Shown: positions 42,901-57,512, counted from the first letter of the stretch. The stretch is 64,000 nt of DNA from Amoebidium appalachense (GCA_963693365.1 CAVNZM010000005.1:7572710-7636709), one strand, 5' to 3'. A program made the numbers and translations. Notes: generated by a model from the letters alone, not told the origin.

Positions 42901-43670
42901 CTGTTGATGCTCGGCAGGGACAACAGCGGCCATGTGGACGGCAGGCTGGCCCGCACCCTGAGCAGGGGCAGCGGCCGGAACACCACCAGGAACAGCAGCA
43001 GCACCAACAGGGGCACCACCAGCAATGGGAGCACGGGGGCAGCACCAGCAACAGGTGGCACGGGGGCACCAAGGCCCGGGGGCACGGGGGCAGCACCACC
43101 AACGTGGGGCACGGGGGCAGCACCACCAACGTGGGGCACAGGGGCAGCGCCACCGACGGGTTGCACGGGGGCAGCATTGCCAGCGGCAAACAATTGGGGC
43201 TGTGGATCCATGGCAACAGGGGCAGGTTCTTGCATAGGTGGGTGTGGGTTGGCAAAGGTTTTCGCGCGCGCTTGCATGGGAGGCAGCATGCCATAAGCAT
43301 TGAAATAGAAATGTGCATCTATCCAATCTTTGTCATTGTTTGAGTCATTGGGGCATGCTGTCACCGTGACAAGTTCAGTATTCTGTGTGCCAAACACAAG
43401 TGGGGCATGAGGTTCATTGTCTTTGGTGAATGGGGCAGCAGCAACATTTTTGGGCAGTTTGTTTCGGCGGACGGTAATATGGGGGTGCAAAGCAGTGTCT
43501 ACCTGGCCATAGGCAGGGTCCCAGACTTCTTCATCATCCATATTATCAGGGGAAGCAACATATATAGGCGTGCCAGGGTTGTCAGGTTCCTGTACCTGCT
43601 GCTGCGGGGCGGCATGGAGCTCAGCAGGCAGGGCCATAATGGCATTGTTCAAAGCGTTGGGGTTAGCCAT
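39928..43670 (-). pseudogene. Gypsy gag plus aspartic protease, frameshifted near 43030
   Basis: N-terminal ORF (MANPNALNN..GGAAPVP repeats) joins the 1132-aa frame, which carries a helical gag region, a Cys/His cluster (CPFGDLDCPG..CTFYH) and protease motifs ACADSGSYITL and LIIGTDYW. Confidence 0.85.
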
Positions 43671-43929
43671 GGTAGTGTTGGTCTGTGGGTGTGGTATTGC
43701 AGTGTAAGTCAAAGTGATTTTTGGTACGTTGTGAGGCAGTGAGTCGTGTGGCAGTGAGTCGGTTCGATTGCTAGCAGCTCGAATGCATAAGCCAATTTTT
43801 TTTTATTTTTTTTTTTTAAGTCTATCAGGTTAGGGCAACGGCAGCGTGCACATGGGGGGCATCGGTGGCCAAAGGGGAATGACAGCAAAACCCGGCAAGT
43901 GCAAAACGAAGGCTGTGTGACACAGCGGT

Positions 43930-44240
43930 CAAAGGCTAGAGTGTGTCAAAGGTGGTCGAAGTGCAGGTGTGGCAGCAGTGGCCAGAGGTGTGCAATCGTG
44001 AAAGCAGGGTGTGGCAACAATGGCCTAGTGTGAGCGCAAGCGTGTGGCAACGGTGGCCTAGCGTGAGCAAAAGCGTGTGGCAACGGCGGCCAAAAACAGC
44101 AAAGGCAAAGTGTGCGTGTGGCAGCAGCGGCCAAGCATCAGCAATGGGCAACACAGCAGTGTGTGCTAATGGCGACAGCGGCCATATGTCAGCAAGCAAG
44201 TGCCAGTGTGGCAACGGCGGCCAAGCGGAACGGCAAAGCA
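43930..44240. repeat. Degenerate tandem repeats of about 30-33 bp in the retrotransposon leader
   Basis: Recurrent gtgtggcarcrgyggcc motif. Confidence 0.7.
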
Positions 44241-44419
44241 AGTGTGGACAAGAACAGGTTTCCTACTTCACTGATCAGACGTTATAAACTGGAACGTGCC
44301 CCTACTGTGGTGCAACTCAAACCAGCCTACCTAATAACGACTAAATATTGCCTTATTCACTTGACGTCTCCACAACCTTTCACTAACACAACACCTTTGA
44401 ACTGACTGGGAAATGGACG

Positions 44420-44700
44420 CAAACAACTATTTATATGGCTAAGTTCAACCAATCAGAATCTAACCAACGGCATGAAACTCCTAACCAAATATGGTCAATT
44501 TCTGGTCATTTTGCATTTAGACCAATCAGAAATCTGGGAAAGAGAAGTTGCCATCCAATTCTAAACCAATCAAAATAGCTAAATGAAACCAGTTGTCATC
44601 CAATTCTAAACCAATCAAAATAGCTAAATAAAACCAGCCAATGAAATCAAATTAGAACCCGCTCTAAGCCAATCATATGCCATCTCACACATTCCAATGA
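44420..44700 (-). promoter_or_regulatory. Putative retroelement promoter (LTR U3-like): CCAAT-box cluster and TATA box
   Basis: About 9 CCAAT motifs in 44448-44700, including a 45-bp tandem duplication (44552 and 44597). ATATAAATA on the minus strand at 44428-44436 points toward gag. Confidence 0.6.
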
Positions 44701-45682
44701 CCAGACGACAGATGAAGGCCACCTTCTCTCACCGGCAGTGTCCACGCAATAAAAAGTGTGTAAACCCCTGTCTCCTTCCACTCCGAGAACCACATGCGTA
44801 ATCATCAAAATCAACAAGATCCACCAATCGTTGACCTCTAACGCAATGTATTCGCATTCCGGTCACACAGTCACACAGTGACCAGAAGCAACGGCTCCAC
44901 GTGACCTCATTCACTAGGTCAAGGCCCTGGCATACGCCCTGCAATAATAGGGCAGAGCCTTTGTAGCCATTGGTCACACCAATAAACCAGTTAAGGTCCA
45001 GTTTCAATGTTCGATAGGCCAGCTGCTCTGCGACACGTAACTGTACGACTAAGAGTCAGGAACGCGACCAGCAAGGGCAGAATACTGGTATTATGCAATG
45101 ATTCAATCTTTCCTCGACTACAAACATACAGCACATGTTAGCAGTGCTATCGGAATGTCCCCCTACTACAATATGTATGCATAGTCCTCCTGTCTGCAGT
45201 AGCACTAGACTAGACGTTTCGGCCATGTCTCTCAAGGCCACGTGAACGGGTTGGAGCTCGATTCGGAGCGTCAAATGCAGCGCTTATCATATGCAGCACG
45301 GTACATAATAGTAAATTTTACTGGGTCAGACGAATGATTATTATGTATAGCCTGGAATTCAGTCTTCGATAGGAAAGACAGTTACATGCCATATATATGC
45401 CTGATTCAGGGAGGGAAAGGTGGGGAGAGGGAGGGCCAGTTACCCGGGGGAGGAGGGGGGGGGGGGGGAGGGGGATGAGAGAGAGCGACTGTCACAAAGA
45501 CAGAGGCGTGGAAGGAGGGAGACGAAGCGGAAGAGGGGGAACTGGGGAGGGAGGCCTCAACTAGGGAAGGAGGGCCAGGGAGTTACCACAGTGCCACAAG
45601 CAAGAGAGCGAGTGAATTTTTAAATTTGGGTCTCGGACGGGGATGGGGATGGTCAGATCGATCGATCTTTAGGCCTAGGGTT

Positions 45683-45720
<38 letters not shown>

Positions 45721-45788
45721 GCAACGGAGAGCTCGACGGAGCTATAGTGAGAGAGCATGAGAAAAACAAAGAGAGAGACCTAGAGAAC

Positions 45789-45868
<80 letters not shown>

Positions 45869-45921
45869 TGTGTGTGTGTGTGTGTGTGTGTGGGGAGGGA
45901 GGGAGCGAGGGAGGGAGGGAG

Positions 45922-45961
<40 letters not shown>

Positions 45962-46286
45962 TCGGATAGCTATAGAGAGAGAGTGAGAGAGAAGGAATAA
46001 GAAGGAGAGCGAGAAGTGGGGCCGGGGAGGGCCGGGGAGGGGCAGGGGGGGGGGGGGGGGGGGGGGGGAAGGCAGGCGGGGGTGATTTATTGAGGCCACA
46101 TAGTGACTCGGTATACGAGATGGAGACACCAAGCAAGGGGAGAGTTGTCGGGATCTGGAGAGGAACTGGATTTGTACACAAGAGTGGAGTAGAGGCTCTA
46201 TTTCAATATGAATGGGGGAGACGGGCGGGGGGGGGGGGGGGGGGGGGGGGGGGGGAGGGGGGGGGGGGGGGGGGAGGGCTTCTTTG

Positions 46287-46393
<107 letters not shown>

Positions 46394-46691
46394 TGGGGAG
46401 GGGGAGGGGACCATCCACCATCCACCTGGGTACCTGCACAAAATCTCAAATTTTCAGTAACTTCATTGCTTTTATTTTTTGTCCCGGCCATCCTCGAAAT
46501 TAATGCCGCATATCCGCATACATAGTCTATTTACACCTCAAGATAACGAAAGGCGGGCCATTTGTGCACCTTGCAAAGAAGTTCAACCAACCACAAGCTA
46601 AAGGCAACGTTTTGCTTTGGAAAAAAATCAATAATTTTTCTTATTTTAATATTCACATGAGTGCACACGTGTTTTGCATCTCAGTTTTTTC

Positions 46692-47216
46692 CTATGTGGA
46701 TTTCTTTGCCTTTTCGCACGTGTTGAGGTCAGAGAGGGCCTTTGAAAGAAGGTCTTCGTTCAGTTTTGCCTTCGACTCCAAATCCGCCTTCACTTTCTCA
46801 ACGGCAGACTTGGCTTCCTCCTCTGCCTGCTTGACCTGTTTGTGTGTACGTGTACGTGTGTACGTGTATGAGTGTACGTGTGTACGTGTGTACGTGTATA
46901 TGTAGATGTAAGTGTATAGGTGTGTATGTGTGTAGGTGTGCGGGTGTGAGTGTATGTGTGTATGTGTACGTGTGTACGTGTGTACGTGTGTACGTGTGTA
47001 TATGTGTAGGTGTGGTACGTGTGTACGTGTGTAGTGTACGGGCACGAGCGTATGTGTGTAGGTGTAGGTATAGGTGTAGGTGTAGGTATGGGTGTGGGTG
47101 TACGTGTAAGTTTGAACGACGAGTATGTGTCAGTGTATGCGTGCAGGTGTAGGTGTGTGTGGTGGAAGTATGCTGTAAGGGTGTGCATTTATGTGTGTGT
47201 ACGTCGGGGCGGGAAA

Positions 47217-47247
<31 letters not shown>

Positions 47248-47642
47248 GGGGGGGAAGGGGGATTGTGTTAGAGGGTTGGAAAACCGAAAGCATGAGAAGA
47301 AACAACCACACAAACAGACCTACATACCAGAACCAACTTAATCCAACCGAAACTCCTCCCCCCCCCCCCCCCCCCCCAAAAAAAAAGGGAAAAAAAAAGA
47401 GGCAAACTCTTGAACATCGCCCAATGGAGGTGGCATCCGTGTGCAGAGCACGAACTAAACATTCTTGATGGACAACACATGAATAATGATGCACATTGCA
47501 CAGCACAATTAGTGTGAGAGTACGCATCAGAGGCCAGCTATTATCAGGGGGGGGATTTTTTCTTTTTTTTTTGGGGGGGGGGGGGGGGAGGGAATGATGC
47601 ATGGATTAGAGCAGGGGAGGAAAGAGGGGGTGTTTGTGGGGG

Positions 47643-47684
<42 letters not shown>

Positions 47685-48303
47685 GTTTGGGGGAAAGTCG
47701 AATCAGGCAAAATACCTTCTCCTCGGCAGCCTTAACAGAGGCAAGAGCAGCTTCAAGGTCCTTCTTCAACTTGTCCACTTCAGCCTGCACGTGTGTGTGT
47801 GTGTGCGTGTATGTGTGTGTGTGCATGTGTGTGTGTGTGTGCGTGTGTGTGTGTCTGTGTGTGTGTGTGTGTGTATGTGTGTGTGTACGTGTGTGTGTGT
47901 GTGTACGTGTGTGTACGCGTGTATGTACGCGCGTGTGTGTATGTACATGTGTACGCGTATGTGTGTGTGTGTGCGCGCGCACGTGTGTGCGTGCATGTGG
48001 TGTGTGTGAGTGTGAGTGAGTGAGTGATTGTGTGAGGGTGTGCACATACCAGTCTTTTGTGCGTGGGGGAAAGGGGGTGGGGAGGGGGGGGAAGGGAAGA
48101 AGAAGAAATAAGTCAACATCCGACAAAAATACGTCATATGTAGGGGTTGTCTGTGGTAAAACACAACTGCACATGGTAACGTCAGAGCCATCTTTGTTGC
48201 AAGGCCTAATTTCAACGCATGTTGCACGGGGGGAGGGGGGGGGGGGGAGGGGAGGAGGATAGTTGCTCGTTAGGTGGTGATGGTAGTGGTGGTGGTGGGA
48301 GGG

Positions 48304-48364
<61 letters not shown>

Positions 48365-48944
48365 TGAATGCGGAACACGGTACAAAGTACGCATACACGA
48401 CGAGAAGCATGGTGCAGGACATATGCAAAGGCAAACATTCAAGTATGCAACATCAGCCATGTGCACAGTATGCGTCATAAGCAGAGCCCATCCTCAGGGA
48501 GGACCCAAGTCATCAATTGCGTCTGAGTTTCGACCCCTTAGCCCGCGTATATACGACACTCCAACTCAGACAGCAGCATCAACTGAGCTTGGGCGGGTCA
48601 ACCCGTCTTGATCAAAGACGAGCAGGGTTGCTTATGCAAGCAAGGTGAGCAAAACGGTGAAGATGTGTGTGCAAACTAATGCAGTGCAGCGAAAAATGTG
48701 TATGTGCTTACAGATGCACGACACAGAGCAACCATGCCCGGTTGCATGGAAGTAAAGCGGTCTCCACACAGGGGGGGGGGGGGAGGACAAATGGATGGGT
48801 GAGTGGGTGGGGGGTTGCTCCGGGGAAGGGATGGTGTTGGGGTTGGTGAGCCTGAGGGATAAAGGAGGGTGGGAGTCGTAGAATGTGTGTGTGTTTGTCT
48901 GTGTGTGAGTGTGTGTGTGTGTGTGTGCGTGTGTTGGAAGGTGG

Positions 48945-48975
<31 letters not shown>

Positions 48976-49186
48976 CTACGATCAAAACTTAGAAGAGTCG
49001 GGATGACACGTTCAAACGGCATTCAGAAAGCCTGAAGACAACCGACAAACGTGGTGGAGGGGTGGGGGGGGGGGGGGGGGATTAGAATGCATCACACTGT
49101 ATGGGGTCAAGGGCATAAAACTGAGAGCCCTGCAGTTCTAAAATGGATGGTATGAAAAAAAAGGTGTGTTGTGTGTGTGTATGTGT

Positions 49187-49239
<53 letters not shown>

Positions 49240-49486
49240 AGTCTACCTGTGCCTTGGTGCTACCTTCAGCATGGGCGGACCTGCAGCCATGAAGGTAAGT
49301 CACCTTCCCCCCCAACAAATACAACATTTTGTTCTGCAACTCGTAAACCCATTTCACCCATTTTCTCTTCTCTCCTAAACAATCCATAATCACCTTCCCC
49401 CACGCACACACCGGCAAACACACCGGGCCCAACCCCAACCACCACCACTCATTTATCACCCACCCAATTGCCAAACACCACTTTTT

Positions 49487-49524
<38 letters not shown>

Positions 49525-49527
49525 ACA

Positions 49528-49601
<74 letters not shown>

Positions 49602-50369
49602 GTGTCAGCTGTCCATCTCCTTTCAACCAACATTACCACCCCCGTACAGAGCATCAAACACAACACAGCCTATCCTCCTTTGATGTCCGTTCCTACCACT
49701 TCAATTCATGTTCTTATCCCATTTTGTTCTCATTATACGTCCCACTCACCCATCAGAACCACACAACACCCCGGTTCCTTGATATACATGACAACCACCA
49801 CCACCACCACCACCACACACACACACAACCCACAAAACCCGGGCATATCGACCCACGCCCACAAAAAGACGGAGAACCAATAATAACAAGAAAAACAATA
49901 GCAGTAACATTAGCAACCATAACAACAACAACATCAACAAAAAAGATTTGGATTAACAAATCATATCAATAACCTTAGAAAAATAATACTACTATCATGC
50001 AGCACTTTACTTACGCCTGTGCCTCGACCTGCACCAGTTTCTCCCTCAGCCCCTTTGCCTCCTTTTCAAAACCCTCTTTTGCAGTTTTATGCCCCTCGCT
50101 CTCTGCTTTCTGCTTCGCCAACTCCTCCGAAACTTTTGCCTTATCTCCCTCGAGACTCTTGCTCGTCTGTTCCATTTTGCTCTTTTCCTCCTGAAGAGCC
50201 TTTGTGGTCTTTTCAAGTTCTGCTACTTTGCTTTCGTGCGCTTTGCTTGTTTGCGCAGCCTGTTTGTAGTAAAGATGGAGAGGAGAGGGGGTTGGGGGCG
50301 GGGAGGGGGGGGGGGGGGGGGGAGGGGGAGGAGGGGAATGGGTGGGCAGAAGGGTTGTGTTGTGTATGT

Positions 50370-50400
<31 letters not shown>

Positions 50401-51572
50401 GGGAGGGAGGGGACGGTGGGGGAGTGAAACAGCGAGTGAGCGAGTGAGTTTGTGTGTGTGTGTCTGTGTGTCTGTGTGCATGTGTGTGTGTGCATGTGTG
50501 TGTGTGCATGTGTGCATGTGTGTGTGTGTGTGTGTGTGTGTGTTGTGTTTGTCGATTTTGTAACTGACTGAGTGCACGGTGTGGGAACATGTGCATACCA
50601 CCAGAGTGTGTACCATAGACCAAAATGTTTGCTGCCCCCCCCTCACCCCCCCCCCCCCTCTCCCCCCCCTTACACTCATCCCCGCAACATGTGTACACAC
50701 ACCAACATCAGCACCCCCTCCCCCCTCCTCCTCCCCCCCCCCCCCCCCCCTACCTCTTTATTCCCAAAACAACACACACCGACATACAAAGACACAGACA
50801 CGCCAACTTTCCTGTCCTGGTCAATACCCAACTCTCTTCTCCACCCCTATTTTCCACTTCTGTTTTTTCATCCCCCCTCCCTTATTTTGACCAGCCTCAC
50901 ACTTACACCCACCAGTTCCCCACATCGGGTCAGTCCCTCACAACTCTTACTGTGGAGCGTCCCCTCCCCCCTCCACCCTTCACCCTATCCCCACCCCCTT
51001 CCCCCACACACACACCCACCCACCCACTCCCCCACCCTACTCCAGCCCCCCCATCCCTTTCACAACAACAAAACAAACACAATTACATCCACACACGCAA
51101 AACCAAAAAGCCCATCCCCCCCCCCCCTCCCCCCCCATCCCCCCCGCCCCGACCGCCTCTTCTCCCCCCTCCGTCTAACCCTCCCTCTCCTAACAAGTAC
51201 CCCCATAACCCCCCCTTCCCTCGGACACACTTATCCCCCCCCCCCCAACTCCCCTCCTCCCTACAACCACCAACACATCCACAGCTATCAAACCCTCTCG
51301 CCGCTCCTCCTCCTTAGCTACGTCTCTCCCCCCATCCCCACCCCTTCTTCCCCCCCCTCCCCCAAACAGACACACACCCACACGGTGGCCAACACCCACC
51401 ACCCACCCACACACACACACACACAAAACACCCACCCACCCACTGACATCTTCTCAGCCACACTCACACACACACCCCTACACACCAATACCCCCCCCCT
51501 CCTTCCCCACCCTCCCCATTCTCACACCCAAACCCACCCACCAACCCACACCCACCCATACACCTGCCCCCT

Positions 51573-51605
<33 letters not shown>

Positions 51606-51634
51606 GACTCCCCCCAACACACACCCACACTCAT

Positions 51635-51677
<43 letters not shown>

Positions 51678-52465
51678 ACACTCACAACCAAACCCCCTTT
51701 CCCCCCCCCTCCTCACACACACACACACACACCCCTCCCCCGCCCCCGCCCCCCCCTCTCCCTCCCCCCCCCCCCCCCCCCCCCCCCCCCTTCACACACA
51801 CGCACCCACCTTTTCCGCCAGCTCCTTGGCGGCCTTTGCAGCCTCCTGTGCGCTCTTCACCTCCACCCTCAGCGCCTCTATCTGCTTGCTGTTCTCTCCC
51901 TGCCACTTGCTCGCCTGCTCCTTGCAGACATGTAATTCCTTCTGTGTGCCATCAAGCAGCCGGAAAGCATCTCCATATTCGTTCATACCGAGCCAGAGAC
52001 CGGCCGACAAAGCAATGACAAGAACGAAAAGCAGACCTTGGAGGTTGCAGCAACCACCACGGCTCTCGCGGAACGCCTGAAAACGAAAAAGGTGGGGGAA
52101 GAGAAGAAGAAAAAATGGTTGTGAGTGAATGACAGGTTAGTTGGATTGGTTGATGGAAACGTAACGAAGGTGAGTTGTTGGGATGGTTGGGGAGGAAAGT
52201 GTGGTTGGTGGGAAGGATGTAGCGAGGTAAAAGGCTCAAATCACAAGGCTCTAGGAGGTCTGTGTAGAGCGAGGGAGTTAATCCGTGGGCAATATGGGGA
52301 GGGACAGAGGGGAAGATGTGTGTACACGATGTTTGTGTATGTGTGTTTGCGTGTGTGAGTGTTTGTGTGTGTGTGTGTGTGTTTATGCGTGCATGTGTGC
52401 GTGTGTGTGCGTTTGTGTGTGTCGGTGTGTGTCGATGTGGGAGTGAGTCTGTGTGTGTGTTCGTG

Positions 52466-52503
<38 letters not shown>

Positions 52504-52514
52504 TTTGTGTGTGT

Positions 52515-52576
<62 letters not shown>

Positions 52577-52758
52577 GTGTGTGTGCGTGTGCGTGTATCT
52601 GAGTGTGTGTGTGTGTGTGTGTTTAGAGGGGAGGGAGGCAGGCAGGAGGGAGCAGCAGGTCAGAGAACCAGAGAACGGGCCCGCGGGGGGAGAGAATGGG
52701 GAAGGGGGAGGGAGGGAGGAAGGGGGAGGGGGAGGGGGAGGGAAGGAGCGGGGCGGGG

Positions 52759-52789
<31 letters not shown>

Positions 52790-52856
52790 AGGGGCGGGTC
52801 GGGGAAGAAAGAGGGTGGGGGGTGGGATTCGAGGGTACCTCAGGTGCCTTTCCCAT
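46692..52856 (-). CDS. Uncharacterised type II membrane (or signal-anchored) coiled-coil protein, 258 aa
   Basis: Exons 52839-52856, 51810-52076, 50015-50259, 49247-49280, 47716-47784, 46692-46835 (777 nt, GT-AG, phases consistent). [20 protein letters not shown], then hydrophobic [17 protein letters not shown], then about 210 aa of E/K/A-rich heptads. Confidence 0.85.
47436..47555 (-). mobile_element. Degenerate copy of the intronic repeat
   Basis: agagcacgaactaaacattcttgatggacaacac..gagagtacgcat..tcaggggg aligns loosely with the reverse complement of 4670-4770. Confidence 0.45.
48362..48646 (-). mobile_element. Intronic dispersed repeat, long copy
   Basis: ttgaatgcggaacac...cagagcccatcctcagggaggacccaagtcatc...cccgtcttgatcaaagacgagcagggttgcttatgcaagcaagg follows a G-run of about 58 nt. 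Confidence 0.9.
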
Positions 52857-53649
52857 TTTCAGAGGTATTTTTAGAGAGTCCCTGCCTGTGAAAAAAGAAG
52901 AAGCGTTCGCACTTGAAAAAAAACACAAAGAAGTCTTGAGGGTGTTGAGGCGCCTGAATTTACTTCACAGCTGTGTACATTCCTGGCACTGAATCTACTC
53001 CTTATTTGGACTTAGTTTTACGATTTAGACCAATCATATTGCACTTCATCCCCAGAAAAAGAAATTCTTTTAGAAAAATGAAGTGATAATCCGCCACTCA
53101 TAGCCTCGCATGAATCAGCGGTGTGGGCCTTGGGTGGCGGATGGGTACAGAAAGCTCTAACTGCTATTGAAACTAAAAAAGAAGTCGTGTTTTGAAAAAA
53201 AAATATAATATTATTTTTTTATCAATGAGTTTTTTTTTGGAATAGTTTTCTCCAAAGTGGGCCTTGCTCGTTGTATGATAATGCAAAACAAACATCTCAA
53301 ATACACCAATCATTGTAGCCCTAGCGACCAACATTTTTGCCGATACATTCTTAATTCCTCGGGAGTCGCTTCTTCCCATGATGTGCATTTTCATTTTCTT
53401 GCCGGTAGTGACACAGCCGCTGATCAGGCACTGCAGTCATACGGAACAACAAAAAGCTTCCGGGTAGCCAGTGCAGCGCCACATGTACAGCTGCCAGGCA
53501 GTGGCTTACGTAGCCGCAAGCTGTGCACGGTGCTCAGCCAATTGATATCGATATATGGGGGAGTGATTGCCGCTGGTTTTACTGTAGGCATTTTTGAATG
53601 TCGATTGAATGGGACAGTGTGGCACGTGGGCAGTATACGTAGTATTGAG

Positions 53650-53683
<34 letters not shown>

Positions 53684-55104
53684 CCCACCGCCCTCCCCCC
53701 CCCCCCCCCCCCCCCCCCTCCCTCTCTCCTCCACCCCCCGGCCCGACCCGCCCTCCCTCCCCAAGCTGACCACCGGGGTGGTGGCCCGGGTTCCCCGCCC
53801 TCCCCTCCGAGTCCCCCCCCCCCCCCCCCCCTCCCCCCCCCCCCCCCCCCCCCCCCATATGGCCATATGCCCCCCCCCCCCCCCCCGCCCGCCCGCCCCC
53901 CCCAACCGCCCCCCCGGTCGCCCCCTTCCCCCCAATCTAGATATATCGATCTCTCCCTCCCCTCCCCTCTCATCCACCACCATCACCAAGACTACTTTTA
54001 ATAATACCTTTTACCTTCGTTTTAGCCAGCGCTTGGATTTTTGATGAGGGCAGGGCCCTGCATTATCGTGCACCGCTGAACATGTTGCTGGGAGTGTTCG
54101 TCCTCGACTTGTGTGCCATGGATACATAGGTGTGGGTGTGTGTATATTAGTTACGTCAACTTCAGCATTGAAGGTGGGTGTGTTTGACAGCATGTACCTA
54201 ATAATGCGCAATACATTCGACACAGTGGCTGCTAACCATAACCGTTAGTGGCCTGTGTGACCGTTGCATAGGGCCCTATGAACGTACGTCGTACCACATC
54301 TGCAAGTTGTCTCAGTGGACGCCATGCGCATGCGCAAACTTTGCGAATATACATAGCATTTCACGTGTACCAGACTCAATGTGTGCACGCGTGTGGGGGT
54401 CACGGCGCATGTGTGTGTCTGCGCCGATTTTTTTGTGTGTGGTTGTGTATGCATCTGTGTGTGTGTTGTGTGTGTCACTGTGTGTCAGAGGTTGGGAGTC
54501 AGTTTACTAAACTCCTTCCGGGCACAAATTTGCACGCACGTGCCTTCCGCATCATAATGACGATGCATGATGCATGGATGATTTGCGCCAGACAACTTAC
54601 CGGGGGAAGGAGTTTGCTCACGGGGGTACATCCCCCAGAGACATTTTAAGTTAGCCTCTTTTCCGAGCTATGTAGATTCGCTTCCGGCAGGGACTCCCCA
54701 TTTGCAGGGGTTCTCTGTGATAGATTTTCTCCTAAATTCGGCTAAGTTTGATTTGGTAGTTTTGGCGTTGTCTTTCTTGTACATGTCTAGGTCCCCACCC
54801 AGTCACGGGTGCATAGTTATCCTGTAAATCCATTTTATGTTATATCTAGGGTGAGGGAGGGGGAGGGGGAGATGGTGAGTGAGGCGGAAGGGGCTGGAAG
54901 CTGCCGGGGGGGGGGGGGGGGGGGGGGGGGGGAGGTGGACTGGCTGCCGGATCGTTTCAAACGATGGAGCACACAAAGCAGCCTGTGACCTTGCAAAGAA
55001 CACACAACGAGTATGCATCCGGCAGAAGAAGAGCGCCAGCACTAATTCAGTAGTGGGAAACGGTGTGTGTGTGTGAGGGGGGGGGGGGGGGGGGGGGGGG
55101 GAGG

Positions 55105-55150
<46 letters not shown>

Positions 55151-55610
55151 TGCGTGTGTGTATCAGTGTGGGGGAGGTGGGAGGGGTGGGGCTGGGGGGT
55201 GGGTGGGTGGGTGTGTGTGTGTGTGGGGGGGGGGGGGGGAGCGCGGGGGCCCTGGGGAGGGGGGAGGGAGGGAGGGGCGATGATATGCATCCGTGGCTAA
55301 ACCTTTAGCAATTCCTTTAAAAAAAAAAAAACGACGATACATTTACAAACCGTTTGGAGGGTGGAATTTCCGACTCTGGCCATGATCACGCGCATCAGCG
55401 GGGGGGGGGGGGGGGGGGGGGGGGAGGGGGGGCACCACCCCACTCACTAGGTGGCCCAACGGTTTCTCCCTCTCCCCCCGGAGAGGGGGGAGGGGGACCC
55501 ATCCACCCCTGCGGGTACCCTGGGGAGCATGGAAGAGGGGGGGGGGGGGGGGGGGGGAGAAGGGGGTACCACCACCGTGAAAGTCGATATTTACTACTCC
55601 TCTTCCCCCC

Positions 55611-55641
<31 letters not shown>

Positions 55642-56018
55642 ACCCACCCACCCACCCTCACCCCACCCCACCCCACCCACCCACCCCCACCCCCCTCCCC
55701 GCATTTTCGAATTCAAAAATCCCTATCTAATTAGATCCCATGACAGCTAGCCTACTTGGCACACAATCTTGTTTTATAAATACAACATGTGTAGATGGAA
55801 GGGGCTAGCCTCAGTAGTCTGCAACGGGGGGCGGGGGGGCGGAACACCACTGCCCATGGCCCTTGCTCTCGTTGTGCACACAAATGATCCCCAAAAATAC
55901 AAGTCATCATAGAAAGGGGCATAATAACCCCCCCCCCCCCCCCCCCCCCCTCCCCCCCTCCTCCCCCAAGACACACACACACACACACATACAAAAAAAA
56001 AAAAAAAAAAAAAAAAAA

Positions 56019-56059
<41 letters not shown>

Positions 56060-56686
56060 TTTCAAAGGAAAAAAGGAAAGAAAGGAAGGAACGAAAGCCA
56101 GTGTTCTCGACATGTACATCTCGGTGTGCACGGACAGCCCTTAGGCTAATCGCAATTCATGTACGCGATGATGCGACTCAGCACGCAAGTTCACTCCCGT
56201 CGACCTCTACGTTTTCACTGTTGCCCCGGCACCACAGGCATGTACAAGTGCAGCAGAATGACACACAAACACCTGCGCGCAGCACAATCAGAATCTGATG
56301 CAGTCTTGCAAGTGTTGAGCTTTATTGTTTTGCTAAAAACACTGCCGCTACCGGCCAACATTCATTGAGTTTTTCAATTTTATGTAGCTTGTTGCCTCGA
56401 TTTCATTTGTATGTAGCCGACCACAGTGACCGAACACCAACTGTTCTGTCATGAACATATATGTGACCGCCTGCCACACCATGATAAAAAGCGAATTTCT
56501 GGGGGCCCGGGTACGGTATCTCAAGTGTAAAACGGCCTATAGTATAGATACAGAAGCAATAGGTTGAAACCAACCGTTATAAACACACAAAAATAACAAA
56601 AAAAATGGGGGGGGAGGGGGGGGGGGGGAAGAAAGAAACCCTTTGACCGGATCTTTCTAAAGCAAGGCCCCCCCCAAACAATCTTC

Positions 56687-57512
56687 CTAATTGTCTATCA
56701 GAGGCTCAGAGAAGCTGTCGTCCCGATAGAAGCGCGAGGCGGAGAGAAGGGCCTCCCACGACGCAACAGCCACGCGTGAATTGTCGACGCTGGTGATAAA
56801 AGACACCGGAGAAAACGACGGGTGCCTAGGGGAAAAACATGAAACATACGTCGATTGCAAAATGGAATATGGTAAAAGTTGGCTAAAAGCAAACGCACAA
56901 GGTGATAAGTGCACATGCATAAGGCTTGCAGGTATAACAAGTAATAAATGTATGACTATTGGACTACTATATAAGGAGGGACACTAAAACCGAGGCAGAT
57001 TAATAACTTAAAGTGCGGCAGCCACTTTTTCCGTCATACTTCGGAGCAAACACTTCTCCCTCGTGCTGTTGTATGGTGTTCGAAGGTTTCATTGTGTTGA
57101 GTGCCAACTGAGCGCATTGAAGGGTTTACATGCAAGGGCTACGGCCACCCACCACGGTGCGCGCATGTGTGCGCATGTGTAGTAGTGTATGTGGTTTGTT
57201 TTGTTTTGTTTTTTTGTTTTTTGATTTTCCTTTCTATTTTTTTCTTTTTTTTTTTAAAAAAATATTAATAAAAAAAAGACAAAGAGGGAGATGCAGGGTG
57301 GTGGTGGGATGTTGTGAAGGGAGGCCCATACCTGTAGCCGGTCAGGGCAATGCGACCACGGCCGGTATAGCTCAGAATCTGGCTGGGGCCCTGGTTGAAA
57401 CCTGGGATTGCTGGCAGGGAGAGGGTTAGCACTGTGCATTTTACATGAGTTGCATTTGATTATATAACGGGTTAGCTCATCCCGAACAGGAATTTGAAGA
57501 TAAGATTGGGAA

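Noticed and set aside
41569-43296. 575-aa plus-strand ORF antisense to gag
   Set aside because: It is an in-register shadow of a GC-rich coding strand, with typical V/G/A-rich composition and no motifs.
44729-45274. Two short minus-strand ORFs upstream of the retroelement promoter
   Set aside because: No recognisable motif or splice structure; possibly LTR or decayed repeat sequence.
50572-52080. 502-aa Pro/His/Thr plus-strand ORF
   Set aside because: It is C-rich intron sequence antisense to the coiled-coil gene.
53257-56400. Possible additional gene between the coiled-coil gene and the FBXO31-like gene
   Set aside because: I could not assemble phase-consistent exons; candidate frames hit stops.
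57361-57416. tRNA-Phe-like fold (GCCGGTA acceptor stem, D-arm, TTGAAAC loop with GAA)
   Set aside because: It has no T-arm or B-box, relies on many G-U pairs, and lies antisense to a conserved FBXO31-like exon and its acceptor; most likely coincidence. tRNAscan-SE would settle it.
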